DNA of 45,838 bases from the NCBI GenBank assembly GCA_040754915.1, contig JBFMCB010000002.1:1-45838 (forward strand), read 5' to 3'. The notes beneath the pieces are model-generated. The model was given only the letters and a program-made list of their open reading frames with translations. It had not been told where the DNA came from and made no database searches. The DNA comes from Chloroflexota bacterium. GTDB taxonomy: Bacteria; Chloroflexota; DTOL01; JACQYG01. Both the position numbers and the translations under genes were made by a program. Shown here piece by piece: positions 8,966-17,535 of this stretch (position 1 is the first letter of the stretch; each line of letters begins with the position of its first letter).

Positions 8966-10285
8966 ATGGAGAGACCGACGCTCAGTAAAGAGATCACCCT
9001 GGAAGGGCTGGCCAGGCTGGCAGCGTGGCTGGATGAAGAGCACCGCAAAGACCGCGCCGAGATCACACTTTTGCACCAGAAGCTGGACAGCCAACTGGCC
9101 AATAGCCAAAACATGGAGAACCGGCTCAGGGAAACCCAGGTGGCACTGAAGGCCGCACAGGAACAGGTCGAGAGGTGGTGCTCCCTGGGGTCGGAGATCA
9201 CCTCGATCAAGGGCCAACTGGCCCATTGGGAGGAGCGAGACCGGCGGCGCCAGGAGGGAGAGAAAAAAGCCCTGGAGTTAAAGCACCTGGAGCAGGAGCA
9301 AGAGGCCAAGGTGCAGGCAGAGCTACGCCTGGCCCTGGACGCACTGGGCAAGCGCTGCGATTCTCTGGAGGCCAGGTTGGCGCTCCACGCCGAGGAAACA
9401 AAACGAAGCGCCGCCTCTCTGGCCGCCCTGGCCTCTAACGTGGAGGCCTTGACCAGGCAGGCCCTTTCCCTGGCCGAGCGGCTGGGGCAGGTGGAATCCG
9501 AGCGCGTGGGGATTATGGAACGAACGAGCGCATTGGAGTCCATCGGGGAGACGCTCAAAAACCAGCAGGCCCAGTTGACGCAGGCCCTGGCCTTGCTCCA
9601 AAGCGACGTGGAGAATTGGCGCACGGAATTGGCCCGCGCCATAGATGACGTGAGGCAGGCGATGGAACGTGCCTCCAGCCAGGCGCGCCTCGTGGCCACG
9701 GAGGTGGCCCAGAGCAAGCAGGAGATTAGTAAGATTCAAACCCGGGAGGAGAACCTCTATCAGCGCACAGTGGAGATCAGTGGCGTCTTGAAGCATTACG
9801 CCAAGCAACAGACCCAGGACATCGGCGAGCTGACCGCCTTGCGCCAATACATCGAAGAGCTCGTGCGCCAGAATCGAGAACTGAGAGAAAAGGGTCAAAT
9901 TCTAGCTGAGAGGCTGGACAGTGCCGTGGAGCAGGTGAGCCAACTGGCCCGCATCGAGGAGGATTTGAAACAAAACCACGAGCGCCTGGCGCAACTGGAG
10001 GCGCTGACGGAGGACCGCTGGGTCCGGGAGGTCCCGGCACTACAGCTTCTGGCCGAGGCTACCGAGCGGCGAACTCTAGAGCAGGGCGCCGATCTCGAGC
10101 AACTGACCCTAGTGCAGCGGGAGCAAGGGGCCCTCTTGACCAGCCAGGTCAAGCAATGGGAGGAGGATCGGCGCTACCTGCAGCGGCGGGTTGAAGCGTT
10201 GGCCGAGCTCTTCGAGATGCAGAGACGGCGAAGCCTGGCTCACTTGCAGCAAGAGATAAAGGAATGGGAGGATGCGGTTCATTGA
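8966..10285 (+). CDS. Long coiled-coil protein, function unknown
   Basis: 439 aa, rich in E/L/Q/R/A with a heptad-like pattern throughout and no TM segment. A GAGGAAGG SD precedes it. It heads the Wzz/BY-kinase gene string. Confidence 0.6.
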   Translation: MERPTLSKEITLEGLARLAAWLDEEHRKDRAEITLLHQKLDSQLANSQNMENRLRETQVALKAAQEQVERWCSLGSEITSIKGQLAHWEERDRRRQEGEKKALELKHLEQEQEAKVQAELRLALDALGKRCDSLEARLALHAEETKRSAASLAALASNVEALTRQALSLAERLGQVESERVGIMERTSALESIGETLKNQQAQLTQALALLQSDVENWRTELARAIDDVRQAMERASSQARLVATEVAQSKQEISKIQTREENLYQRTVEISGVLKHYAKQQTQDIGELTALRQYIEELVRQNRELREKGQILAERLDSAVEQVSQLARIEEDLKQNHERLAQLEALTEDRWVREVPALQLLAEATERRTLEQGADLEQLTLVQREQGALLTSQVKQWEEDRRYLQRRVEALAELFEMQRRRSLAHLQQEIKEWEDAVH

Positions 10286-10332
10286 CACCCTCAAGGGGCT
10301 TCTGTTATACTCTCGCCGAAAGGCAGGATCCA

Positions 10333-11049
10333 ATGGAACTGAGGCAGTACTGGGACATCCTTTGGCGCCGGGCCTGGGTGGTCCTGGGGCTGGCGCTCTT
10401 GACCCTGGTGGCAAGCGTCCTGGTGAGGCCGACCCGGACCCTGCAATATCAGGCCTCCACGCGGCTGGCGGTGGGCATAAGCCCCGAAGCCGGGGTGGGC
10501 CGATTTTATACCTACGATAATTATTACACGTGGCTCACGGCGGAGTACCTCGCCGACGACCTGGCGGAGGTGGTGAAGAGCCAGGGCTTTGCCCAGGCGG
10601 TGAGCAACCGGATCGGGAGCCCGGTGCCACCAGCGGCGATCACGGGGGCCACTAGCCCCAAGAAACTCCATCGCATCCTGACCATAACCGTCATCATGGC
10701 CGACGCCAACCTGGCTACCCAGGTGGCCCAGGCCGTGGCCTCGGTGCTTCAGGAGGAGGGCGGTCGCTTCTTCGCACAACTCGGCTCCAGCAATGCTGCC
10801 ATAAGCGTTCTGGAGGTGAACCCTGCGACCCCCGTCTCCGGGGGATTCAAGGAGAAACTTGACCTGCCTCTGCGCGTGCTACTGGGATTGGCAGCCGGGG
10901 TGGGATTGGCCTTCTTGCTCGACTACCTGGACGAGTCCGTACGCACCTCGGCCGACCTTGAGTCCTTGGGATTTAGGGTATTGGCAGAGATACCATCCCG
11001 GCCCTCCCGGTGGCGGAGGCTCCTGATCCGCAAAAGCCGCCGGGGATAG
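10333..11049 (+). CDS. Wzz/GumC-like polysaccharide chain-length determinant (BY-kinase modulator type), paralog 1
   Basis: Has an N-terminal MELRQYWDILWRRAWVV... segment plus TM, a periplasmic-type domain, a second TM (LLGLAAGVGLAFLLDYLDE) and a short cytoplasmic tail. Start moved to the ATG at 10333. Confidence 0.7.
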   Translation: MELRQYWDILWRRAWVVLGLALLTLVASVLVRPTRTLQYQASTRLAVGISPEAGVGRFYTYDNYYTWLTAEYLADDLAEVVKSQGFAQAVSNRIGSPVPPAAITGATSPKKLHRILTITVIMADANLATQVAQAVASVLQEEGGRFFAQLGSSNAAISVLEVNPATPVSGGFKEKLDLPLRVLLGLAAGVGLAFLLDYLDESVRTSADLESLGFRVLAEIPSRPSRWRRLLIRKSRRG

Positions 11050-11094
11050 CTCTCGCGGAAATAGGGATGCTAAAAGGGTGACAAGGCATATCTT

Positions 11095-11757
11095 ATGCAA
11101 CTGAGAAGCTATGTGGCGATATTGGTAAAACGTGGCTGGCTCGTGTTGCTTATGGCCTTGGCCGGCCTATTGGGCGCGGTGGCCCTCACCAGAGTGCAGG
11201 TGCCCATCTATCGATCCAGCATCAGGCTCCTGGTGGTGCCGGCGCGGTATGAGCTGGGGGTTAGCCTGGCCGGCAAAAACCTCCTGGGGCAGCTCAGCCT
11301 GGAACTGCAGTCGCCAAACCTGGCGGAGGAGGTCAGTCAGGGGCTCCGGCTGGACGTGCCAGCCCTGGCTCTGCTGGGCTACACCAGGGTGTCCAGCGAG
11401 GAGGACAAATACGTCATCAACCTCAGCGTGGACGACCCGGACCCGGAAAGGGCCCAGATGATCGCCAGCGCCTGGGCTCGGGCGTTTGTGGACCGCTACA
11501 ATGCCCGTAGCCTGGAGGTGGACCGTCGGGATCGGGTGGACGTGGAGATCTACGACAAAGCGACCCCGGCCGAGCTGAATCGCCCGAAGCTGCCCATGAA
11601 CGTGGCCGTGGGCACCCTGGTGGGATTGCTTTTCGGCGTCTTTCTGGTGTTCGGCCTGGAGTATCTGGACGATACCCTGAAAGCCCCGGAGGATGTGGAA
11701 CGCTACGTCGGCCTCACCACCCTGGGCGCCATCCCGGTAGTCGCTGAGAAGGACTAA
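11095..11757 (+). CDS. Wzz-like modulator, paralog 2
   Basis: Same two-TM architecture. Its tail (LEYLDDTLKAPEDVERYVGLTTLGAIP) is nearly identical to that of paralog 3. Confidence 0.75.
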   Translation: MQLRSYVAILVKRGWLVLLMALAGLLGAVALTRVQVPIYRSSIRLLVVPARYELGVSLAGKNLLGQLSLELQSPNLAEEVSQGLRLDVPALALLGYTRVSSEEDKYVINLSVDDPDPERAQMIASAWARAFVDRYNARSLEVDRRDRVDVEIYDKATPAELNRPKLPMNVAVGTLVGLLFGVFLVFGLEYLDDTLKAPEDVERYVGLTTLGAIPVVAEKD

Positions 11758-11759
11758 CG

Positions 11760-12416
11760 ATGGACATCAAAAGCCTTTATCGCCTGCTGCTGAAACGCGG
11801 CTGGATCGTTGTCCTGGTGGCGGCCAGCGCTTGTGCCGGAGCGGTGGTCTCCAGCAAGCTGCAAACGCCTATGTTTCGCTCCACAGTGAAGCTGTTGGTG
11901 CGGCCGGCGCGGTATGACTTCGGCCTCACCGAGGCCGGCAAGCTCCTGATGGGGCAGTTGAGCCTCCGGTTGCAGGCCCCCAGCCTGGCTGAAGAGGTGA
12001 TAGGGCAGCGGGGCCTGATGGTCACGGCCCAGACCCTCTTGCGCCGGGCCAGGGTGGGCACCGAGGAAGGCAAGTATGTGATCCAGCTAAGCGTGGATGA
12101 CCCCGATGCCGGCACGGCCCGGGCCGTGGCCGACACCTGGGCCAAGACCTTTGCCGACCGCTACAATAGCCGCAACAAGGACATCGACCCCCGCGATCGC
12201 ATCAGCGTCGAGATATACGACGCCGCTTCTCCCGCGGAACTCGATCGGCCCAGGACCAGGCTCAATGCCCTGGCCGGGACCCTGCTGGGCCTCATCGTGG
12301 GTGGCCTGGTGGCTGTGGCCCTGGAATATTTGGACGACAGCTTGAAGAACGCCGAGGACGTGGAACGTCACGTTGGCTTGACCACGCTGGGGGCCATCCC
12401 CAGCTCGTCCAGGTGA
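11760..12416 (+). CDS. Wzz-like modulator, paralog 3
   Basis: Clear tandem duplicate of the preceding gene (LSVDDPD, EIYD..SPAEL.RP, LEYLDDSLKNAEDVERHVGLTTLGAIP). Confidence 0.75.
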   Translation: MDIKSLYRLLLKRGWIVVLVAASACAGAVVSSKLQTPMFRSTVKLLVRPARYDFGLTEAGKLLMGQLSLRLQAPSLAEEVIGQRGLMVTAQTLLRRARVGTEEGKYVIQLSVDDPDAGTARAVADTWAKTFADRYNSRNKDIDPRDRISVEIYDAASPAELDRPRTRLNALAGTLLGLIVGGLVAVALEYLDDSLKNAEDVERHVGLTTLGAIPSSSR

Positions 12417-12434
12417 GCTTTACTAGTGAAGAAT
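12415..12434. repeat. AT-rich palindrome family, copy A (GAGCTTTACTAGTGAAGAAT)
   Basis: Matches the consensus at 15 of 20 positions. It spans the stop of Wzz paralog 3 and the GTG start of the BY-kinase. Confidence 0.55.
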
Positions 12435-13163
12435 TTGCCTTTCGCATCGGAGCTAGCCATTCAAGGAGGCAGGCAATTGGTAGAGGAACCCCTTCCCAGG
12501 CTGAACCTGGTCACTGTAACCAACCCTCGGTCGCCGGTCAGCGAGGCCTTTCGGACACTGAGGACAAACATCCAGTTTTCCAGCCTGGACCGGCCGCTCA
12601 AGACCATCCTGGTCACCAGCACCGACCCCGGGGAGGGGAAAAGCACCGTCTTGGCCAACCTGGCAGTGACCATGGCCCAATCAGGCCTGCGCACGGTGGT
12701 GGCGGACTGTGACTTAAGACGCCCCAGCCAGCACCAACTCTTCGGCTTGAGTAATATCAACGGACTGACCTCCATGATGGTGGGTAACGCTCCCATGCAG
12801 GGGGCCTCAATCCAGGATACGGCAGTGCCCAACCTGCGCCTGTTGGCCAGCGGGCCGCTGCCGCCCAACCCATCGGAGTTGCTCGGCTCCCGGCGTATGG
12901 GGGAGATCATCGCGTTCCTGAAGGACCAGGCCGACCTGGTTCTCTTCGATGCCCCACCAATAATCGCCGTAACCGATGCGGCGGTGTTGGCCTCTAAAGT
13001 AGACGGCGTGTTGCTGGTGGTAAATGCTGGCAAGACCAAGCGCGACCTGGCTAGGCGAGCGAAGCTCTTGCTGGACAAAGTGAACGCCAACGTCCTGGGC
13101 GTGGTGCTGAACAACGTGAAGCTGGAAGCCAGCCTGTACCGTTATTACGCCGGCCAGGGATAA
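12426..13163 (+). CDS. CpsD/CapB-family bacterial tyrosine kinase (BY-kinase)
   Basis: Has Walker A (GEGKST), Walker A' (VVADCDLRRP), Walker B (LVLFDAPP) and a C-terminal Tyr cluster (LYRYYAGQG). Confidence 0.85.
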   Translation: MKNLPFASELAIQGGRQLVEEPLPRLNLVTVTNPRSPVSEAFRTLRTNIQFSSLDRPLKTILVTSTDPGEGKSTVLANLAVTMAQSGLRTVVADCDLRRPSQHQLFGLSNINGLTSMMVGNAPMQGASIQDTAVPNLRLLASGPLPPNPSELLGSRRMGEIIAFLKDQADLVLFDAPPIIAVTDAAVLASKVDGVLLVVNAGKTKRDLARRAKLLLDKVNANVLGVVLNNVKLEASLYRYYAGQG

Positions 13164-13179
13164 GGGCCGGCCTGGCCAA

Positions 13180-13199
13180 ACTCTTTACTAGTAAAAAGC
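13180..13199. repeat. AT-rich palindrome family, copy B (ACTCTTTACTAGTAAAAAGC)
   Basis: Carries the exact TTTACTAGTAAA core. It is intergenic, between the BY-kinase and the CDF gene. Confidence 0.65.
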
Positions 13200-13230
13200 T
13201 GCACCAGTACCAAATCTCCGGGGCAAGCCG

Positions 13231-13250
13231 TTTCTTGACTAGTAAATAAT
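13231..13250. repeat. AT-rich palindrome family, copy C (TTTCTTGACTAGTAAATAAT)
   Basis: Matches the consensus at 17 of 20 positions. It overlaps the ATG of the CDF ORF and its centre is 51 bp from copy B. Confidence 0.65.
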
Positions 13251-14664
13251 GGAAGCTGGACATCCAACGTCGGTGACCATAACGCAAGCGGAACAAGAAA
13301 AAAAGACCGTGGCCCTGAGCTCCGTGGCCGCCGCGGTTTTTTTAACCGTGGTGAAGCTCATCGTGGGCTACGCCACCGGCAGCCTGGGCATCATCTCTGA
13401 GGCGGCCCACTCTGCCCTGGACCTGGTGGCCGCCCTTGTCACCTATTTCGCGGTGCGGGTCTCGGACCGGCCGCCGGACCAGGAACACCTCTACGGCCAC
13501 GGCAAGGTGGAGAGCCTCTCCGCCCTCATCGAGACCGCCCTCCTGTTCGTCACCTGCCTCTGGATCATCTACGAGGCCCTGCGACGGCTCCTGGTGTACG
13601 AGGCGCCGGTGGAGGCCAATGTCTGGGGCTTTGGGGTCATGATGCTCTCCATAGCCATCAACGTATCGCGGTCCCAGGCCCTCTCCCGCGTGGCCCGGAA
13701 GTATGGCAGCCAGGCCCTGGAGGCCGACGCCCTGCACTTCTCAAGCGACGTATTGAGCTCGCTGGTGGTCATCGGGGGCCTGGTCTTCGTCCACTTCGGC
13801 TGGACCAGGGCCGACCCCCTGGCTGCCCTGGGTGTGGCCGCCATCGTCATTGTTGCCACCTGGCAACTGGGGAGGCGCACGGTAGACGTGCTGCTGGACC
13901 GGGCCCCGGCGGGTCTGGCGGAGCGCCTCGCCGCCCAGGTGGAACAGATCCCCGGCGTCGAGAATTGCGACCGCCTCCGGGTGCGACGATCGGGTGCCCA
14001 AACCTTCGTGGACATGAACATCTCGGTGGGCCGTACTATCTCCTTCGAGACCGCCCACGCCGTGGCCCTGGCGGTGGAGCATAAGGTCCACGAGTTCCTG
14101 CCCAATGTGGACGTGGTGGTGCACACGGACCCCGCTGAGACCCAGGAGGAATCCATCATCGCCCGCCTCCGCTCCATCGCCGGCAAGCGCCAGCTCCACG
14201 TCCACAACGTCTCGGTGCATGAATCCCACCGCAAATTGCACGTGGACCTGCACCTGGAGGTGGACCAGCACCTGAACCTGAGACAGGCCCACAATATAGC
14301 CAGCCTCTTAGAGGAAGACATCAAAAGGGATATCCCATCCATCGTGGGGCTCAACACCCATATCGAATCCCGCGATACCGGAGTGGTCAATGGCGAGGAC
14401 GTCACCGCCCGGATGCCAGCGGTGGTGCGGGAGATCCGGGCCATTGCCCTGGAGGTGCCAGGGCTGCGGGATTGCCATGCGGTCATCTTGAGAAAGGTCA
14501 ACGGCAATCTGGCTGTATCCATGCATTGCACCCTGGATGAGGAGTTGTCCATGGCCCAGGTCCACCAGGTCTCCACCGAGGTGGAACGCCGCTTGATGAA
14601 CAAGATACCCGACGTGGAACGGGTGATCGTGCACACAGAGCCTTTGCCCCAAGAGGTGGCGTAG
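13249..14664 (+). CDS. Cation diffusion facilitator (CDF) transporter with three tandem cytoplasmic C-terminal domains
   Basis: The TM domain has SEAAHSALD and HFSSD metal-site-like motifs. Three successive about 75 aa alpha/beta repeats follow, ending in VVVHTDP, LNTHIES and VIVHTEP. No SD is seen before the ATG, so the start is uncertain. Confidence 0.8.
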   Translation: MEAGHPTSVTITQAEQEKKTVALSSVAAAVFLTVVKLIVGYATGSLGIISEAAHSALDLVAALVTYFAVRVSDRPPDQEHLYGHGKVESLSALIETALLFVTCLWIIYEALRRLLVYEAPVEANVWGFGVMMLSIAINVSRSQALSRVARKYGSQALEADALHFSSDVLSSLVVIGGLVFVHFGWTRADPLAALGVAAIVIVATWQLGRRTVDVLLDRAPAGLAERLAAQVEQIPGVENCDRLRVRRSGAQTFVDMNISVGRTISFETAHAVALAVEHKVHEFLPNVDVVVHTDPAETQEESIIARLRSIAGKRQLHVHNVSVHESHRKLHVDLHLEVDQHLNLRQAHNIASLLEEDIKRDIPSIVGLNTHIESRDTGVVNGEDVTARMPAVVREIRAIALEVPGLRDCHAVILRKVNGNLAVSMHCTLDEELSMAQVHQVSTEVERRLMNKIPDVERVIVHTEPLPQEVA

Positions 14665-14724
14665 CCCAGCTCCCGTGCGCTGATCCTGTTCTATGGGAAA
14701 TCGCCATGGCTGTGGAGGCACAGG

Positions 14725-15297
14725 ATGGATTCGCTGGAAAGGTACCGGGGGCCTATTCTGGTTCTTTTCCTGGCCTTGGCCCTGGTCGGAGGTGTGGTCC
14801 TGGTCCTCCGCCGACCCGAACCCCAGCCGCTGGAGATCGTCATACCCACTAAGCCCCCCACCGTCAGGCCTGGGCCAATTAAGGTTTTCGTCAACGGGGC
14901 CGTGGTCAAGCCCGACCTATATACATTGCAGCCAGGTGATCGGGTCAAAGACGCCATAGAGGCCGCCGGCGGGGTTTCCCCCGACGCGGATGAGTCCAGG
15001 ATGCCGAACCTGGCCGCCAGGCTCAGCGATGGCCAGCAGGTCTACGTCCCCCGACGTGGCGAGGCCGCCGGGTTCAATGCCCCTGGCGTGTCCGGCCCGC
15101 CGGCCCTGATCAACATCAACACCGCCTCGGGGGCCGAGCTGGACTCGCTCCCCGGCATCGGTCCCACCACCTCCCAGCGCATCATCGAGCACCGTAACAA
15201 GAACGGCCCGTTCCAAAGGATAGAGGAGTTGAAAGAAAAAAAGCTGGTCAATTCCTCTACTTTCGAGCGGATCAAGGAATTGATCACCGTGCAGTAG
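14725..15297 (+). CDS. comEA: Competence protein ComEA (TM + SLBB + helix-hairpin-helix DNA binding)
   Basis: Contains an IKVFVNGAVVKPDLYTLQPGDRV segment (SLBB) and INTASGAELDSLPGIGPTTSQRIIEHR (HhH). Confidence 0.85.
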   Translation: MDSLERYRGPILVLFLALALVGGVVLVLRRPEPQPLEIVIPTKPPTVRPGPIKVFVNGAVVKPDLYTLQPGDRVKDAIEAAGGVSPDADESRMPNLAARLSDGQQVYVPRRGEAAGFNAPGVSGPPALININTASGAELDSLPGIGPTTSQRIIEHRNKNGPFQRIEELKEKKLVNSSTFERIKELITVQ

Positions 15298-15313
15298 CCC
15301 GCTTGAACGAGGC

Positions 15314-15655
15314 ATGATCATCCAGTCCTACGAATTCGGGCGGCTCGTGGTTGGCGGGAAGCTATACACCGCCGATGTCATCATCTATCCTGACCGCGTG
15401 CAGGGCCACTGGCGGCGTCAGGAGGGCCACCGGCTCTCCTGGGAGGACCTCAGTGACGCCCTGGCCGCGAACCCCCAGGTGGTGGTCCTGGGCACCGGCA
15501 GCGCCGGGGCGATGGAGGTCCCCGAATCGGTGATCCAGCGCCTGAGAGCCCGGGGCATCGAAGTGATCGTGGCCCCCACCGGCCAGGCCTGTGCGGAATA
15601 CAACCGGCTTTCGCCGGCGAGTAGAGTGATCGCGGCTTTACATTTGACGTGCTGA
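15314..15655 (+). CDS. Mth938-like (DUF498) domain protein
   Basis: 113 aa with the pattern FGRLVVGGKLYTADVIIYPD...VVVLGTGSAGAMEV...GIEVIV..TGQACAEYN. Confidence 0.65.
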   Translation: MIIQSYEFGRLVVGGKLYTADVIIYPDRVQGHWRRQEGHRLSWEDLSDALAANPQVVVLGTGSAGAMEVPESVIQRLRARGIEVIVAPTGQACAEYNRLSPASRVIAALHLTC

Positions 15656-15734
15656 TAGCACCCGCATCTTCCGCGCCGCCGAGATCCAGGATCGCCCCAG
15701 GGCCCCCGTTGGCTTTGGACACCAGGACTTAGCC

Positions 15735-17465
15735 ATGGACGACTTGATCGGCAAATCGCTGGGGCAATATCGCATCGTGGAGCAACTGGGCCGGGGAGGC
15801 ATGGCCGTGGTTTACAAGGCCTACCAGGCCTCCCTGGACCGTTACGTGGCGATCAAGGTCCTGCCCTTTTTCCAGGCGCAAGACCCCACGGCCATGGAGC
15901 GCTTCTACCGGGAGGCTAGGGCCATTGCCAGGCTGGAACACCCCAACATCCTGACCGTCTTCGACTTCGGCCAGGTCGACGGCACCCTTTACATCGTCAT
16001 GCAGTACGTCGAAGGCGGCACCCTGAAGGAGAGGCTGGGAGCCCCCCTGGATCTGGACGTCGCCGCGAAGATCATCCGCCAGGTGGGCGAGGCCCTGGAG
16101 TACGCCCACGGCCTGGGAGTAGTGCACCGCGACATCAAGCCCAGCAATGTCCTCCTGGCCAAGGGCGACCGGGTGCTGCTCTCTGACTTTGGCCTGGCCA
16201 AGATGATGGAGAGCACCAGTGCCTTGACCAAGGCCGGGGTGGGCATGGGCACCCCCCAGTATATGTCCCCCGAGCAAGGCCGCGGTGAGCCGGTGGACGG
16301 GCGGTCGGACATCTACTCCCTGGGTGTGGTGCTCTACGAGATGCTCACCGGCCAGGTGCCCTTCGATGCCGAGACCCCCCTGGCGGTGGTGCTGAAACAC
16401 CTGAGCACACCGTTGCCTCGACCCCGGGGGCTGAATCCCCAGATTCCAGAGCTGGTGGAACAGGTGATCCTAAAGGCCACCGCTAAGAGCCCGGCCCAAC
16501 GCTACCAGAGCGCCGCGGAGATGGTGGAGGCCTTGCTCCAGGCCTGTGGCATTGCTCGAGCCCTGCTGGAAGCGCCCAGGGTCTCGGCGGCAGAGACGGT
16601 GGCGGTTCCACCGCCGGGGCCGGCCGTTACCGCGCCGGCCCTGTTCCCGCCCTCGGCCATCTCGCCTCCCTCGGTCCCGCCAGTCGTGCCTTCACCGGCC
16701 AGGGCTGCCACCGTTTTCTCCGGAGCGGCGCTGGGCCTCCTGGCTGGGGTGTTGGCCCTGGGCTGCGGCGCCCTGGTCATCCTCGGTCTCCTTACGCCCG
16801 GCAGCCCGGCCCGGTCTCTCCTGACGGCATTTTTGGCCTCTCCCACCGCCACATTTACTAGTAAAGAAACGGAAACGCTGGCCCCTACTCCTTCAGTGAC
16901 CACAGTGGTTACGGTCTCGCCGACGCCAACCACAACGCCCTCGCTCACCCCCACCCGGGCCACCCCCACGGCCATCACCAGCGCCCCGCCGGCCCCCACC
17001 CCTACCTGTGCCATCGCGCCAGCGGCCGACTACGCCAAGGTCTGGAATGCGTTCGGCGGGAGGGGGCGTCTGGGCTGCGCCCTCAATCAAGTCCACCCCA
17101 CCGACGCGGCCTACGAAGCGTTTGAAAACGGCTTCATGTATTGGCGCAAGGATGCGCTGAAGATCTACGTGCTCTACAACGCCGGGACCTGGGCCGAGTA
17201 TACGGACTCGTACAAAGAAGGCGACCCCGAGCCAACCATCACCCCTACGCCGCCGGCGGGAAGGGTGGCGCCCGTGAGAGGCTTTGGCAAGGTCTGGCGC
17301 GAACAACTGGGCGGTGCAAGGAGCGCCCTGGGCTGGGCCACGGCAGCGGAACAGGGGCTTAGCGGGAGCCCGGTGGAGGACTTCCAGCGCGGGGTGATCT
17401 TCACCTGTGGTGGCAAGGGGACCTTCGTGCTTTTTAGGGACAACGGCCGGTGGGCTATGCCTTGA
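15735..17465 (+). CDS. Hanks-type Ser/Thr protein kinase with TM helix, PT-rich linker and LGFP-like extracellular repeats
   Basis: Has HRDIKPSN, DFGLAK and YMSPEQ motifs and a TM segment (AALGLLAGVLALGCGALVILGLL). The C-terminus has two LG...E..F..G-type repeats. Confidence 0.9.
   Translation: MDDLIGKSLGQYRIVEQLGRGGMAVVYKAYQASLDRYVAIKVLPFFQAQDPTAMERFYREARAIARLEHPNILTVFDFGQVDGTLYIVMQYVEGGTLKERLGAPLDLDVAAKIIRQVGEALEYAHGLGVVHRDIKPSNVLLAKGDRVLLSDFGLAKMMESTSALTKAGVGMGTPQYMSPEQGRGEPVDGRSDIYSLGVVLYEMLTGQVPFDAETPLAVVLKHLSTPLPRPRGLNPQIPELVEQVILKATAKSPAQRYQSAAEMVEALLQACGIARALLEAPRVSAAETVAVPPPGPAVTAPALFPPSAISPPSVPPVVPSPARAATVFSGAALGLLAGVLALGCGALVILGLLTPGSPARSLLTAFLASPTATFTSKETETLAPTPSVTTVVTVSPTPTTTPSLTPTRATPTAITSAPPAPTPTCAIAPAADYAKVWNAFGGRGRLGCALNQVHPTDAAYEAFENGFMYWRKDALKIYVLYNAGTWAEYTDSYKEGDPEPTITPTPPAGRVAPVRGFGKVWREQLGGARSALGWATAAEQGLSGSPVEDFQRGVIFTCGGKGTFVLFRDNGRWAMP
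16850..16869. repeat. AT-rich palindrome family, copy D (CACATTTACTAGTAAAGAAA)
   Basis: Carries the exact TTTACTAGTAAAGAAA core. It lies inside the kinase ORF in the post-TM linker and is read as T-F-T-S-K-E. Confidence 0.65.
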
Positions 17466-17535
17466 AGGAGATGTCGAACCCCTACCTCCGGCGGGACCAT
17501 AGACAGGGCCTGAGAACCCCTGGCCCGGGTGCCTC

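Noticed and set aside
13569-14636. 355 aa minus-strand ORF antisense to the CDF transporter; likewise 8890..9717 antisense to the coiled-coil gene and 4294..5199 antisense to the radical SAM gene
   Set aside because: Ser/Arg/Thr/Trp-rich nonsense-like composition, and each opposite-strand gene is well supported.
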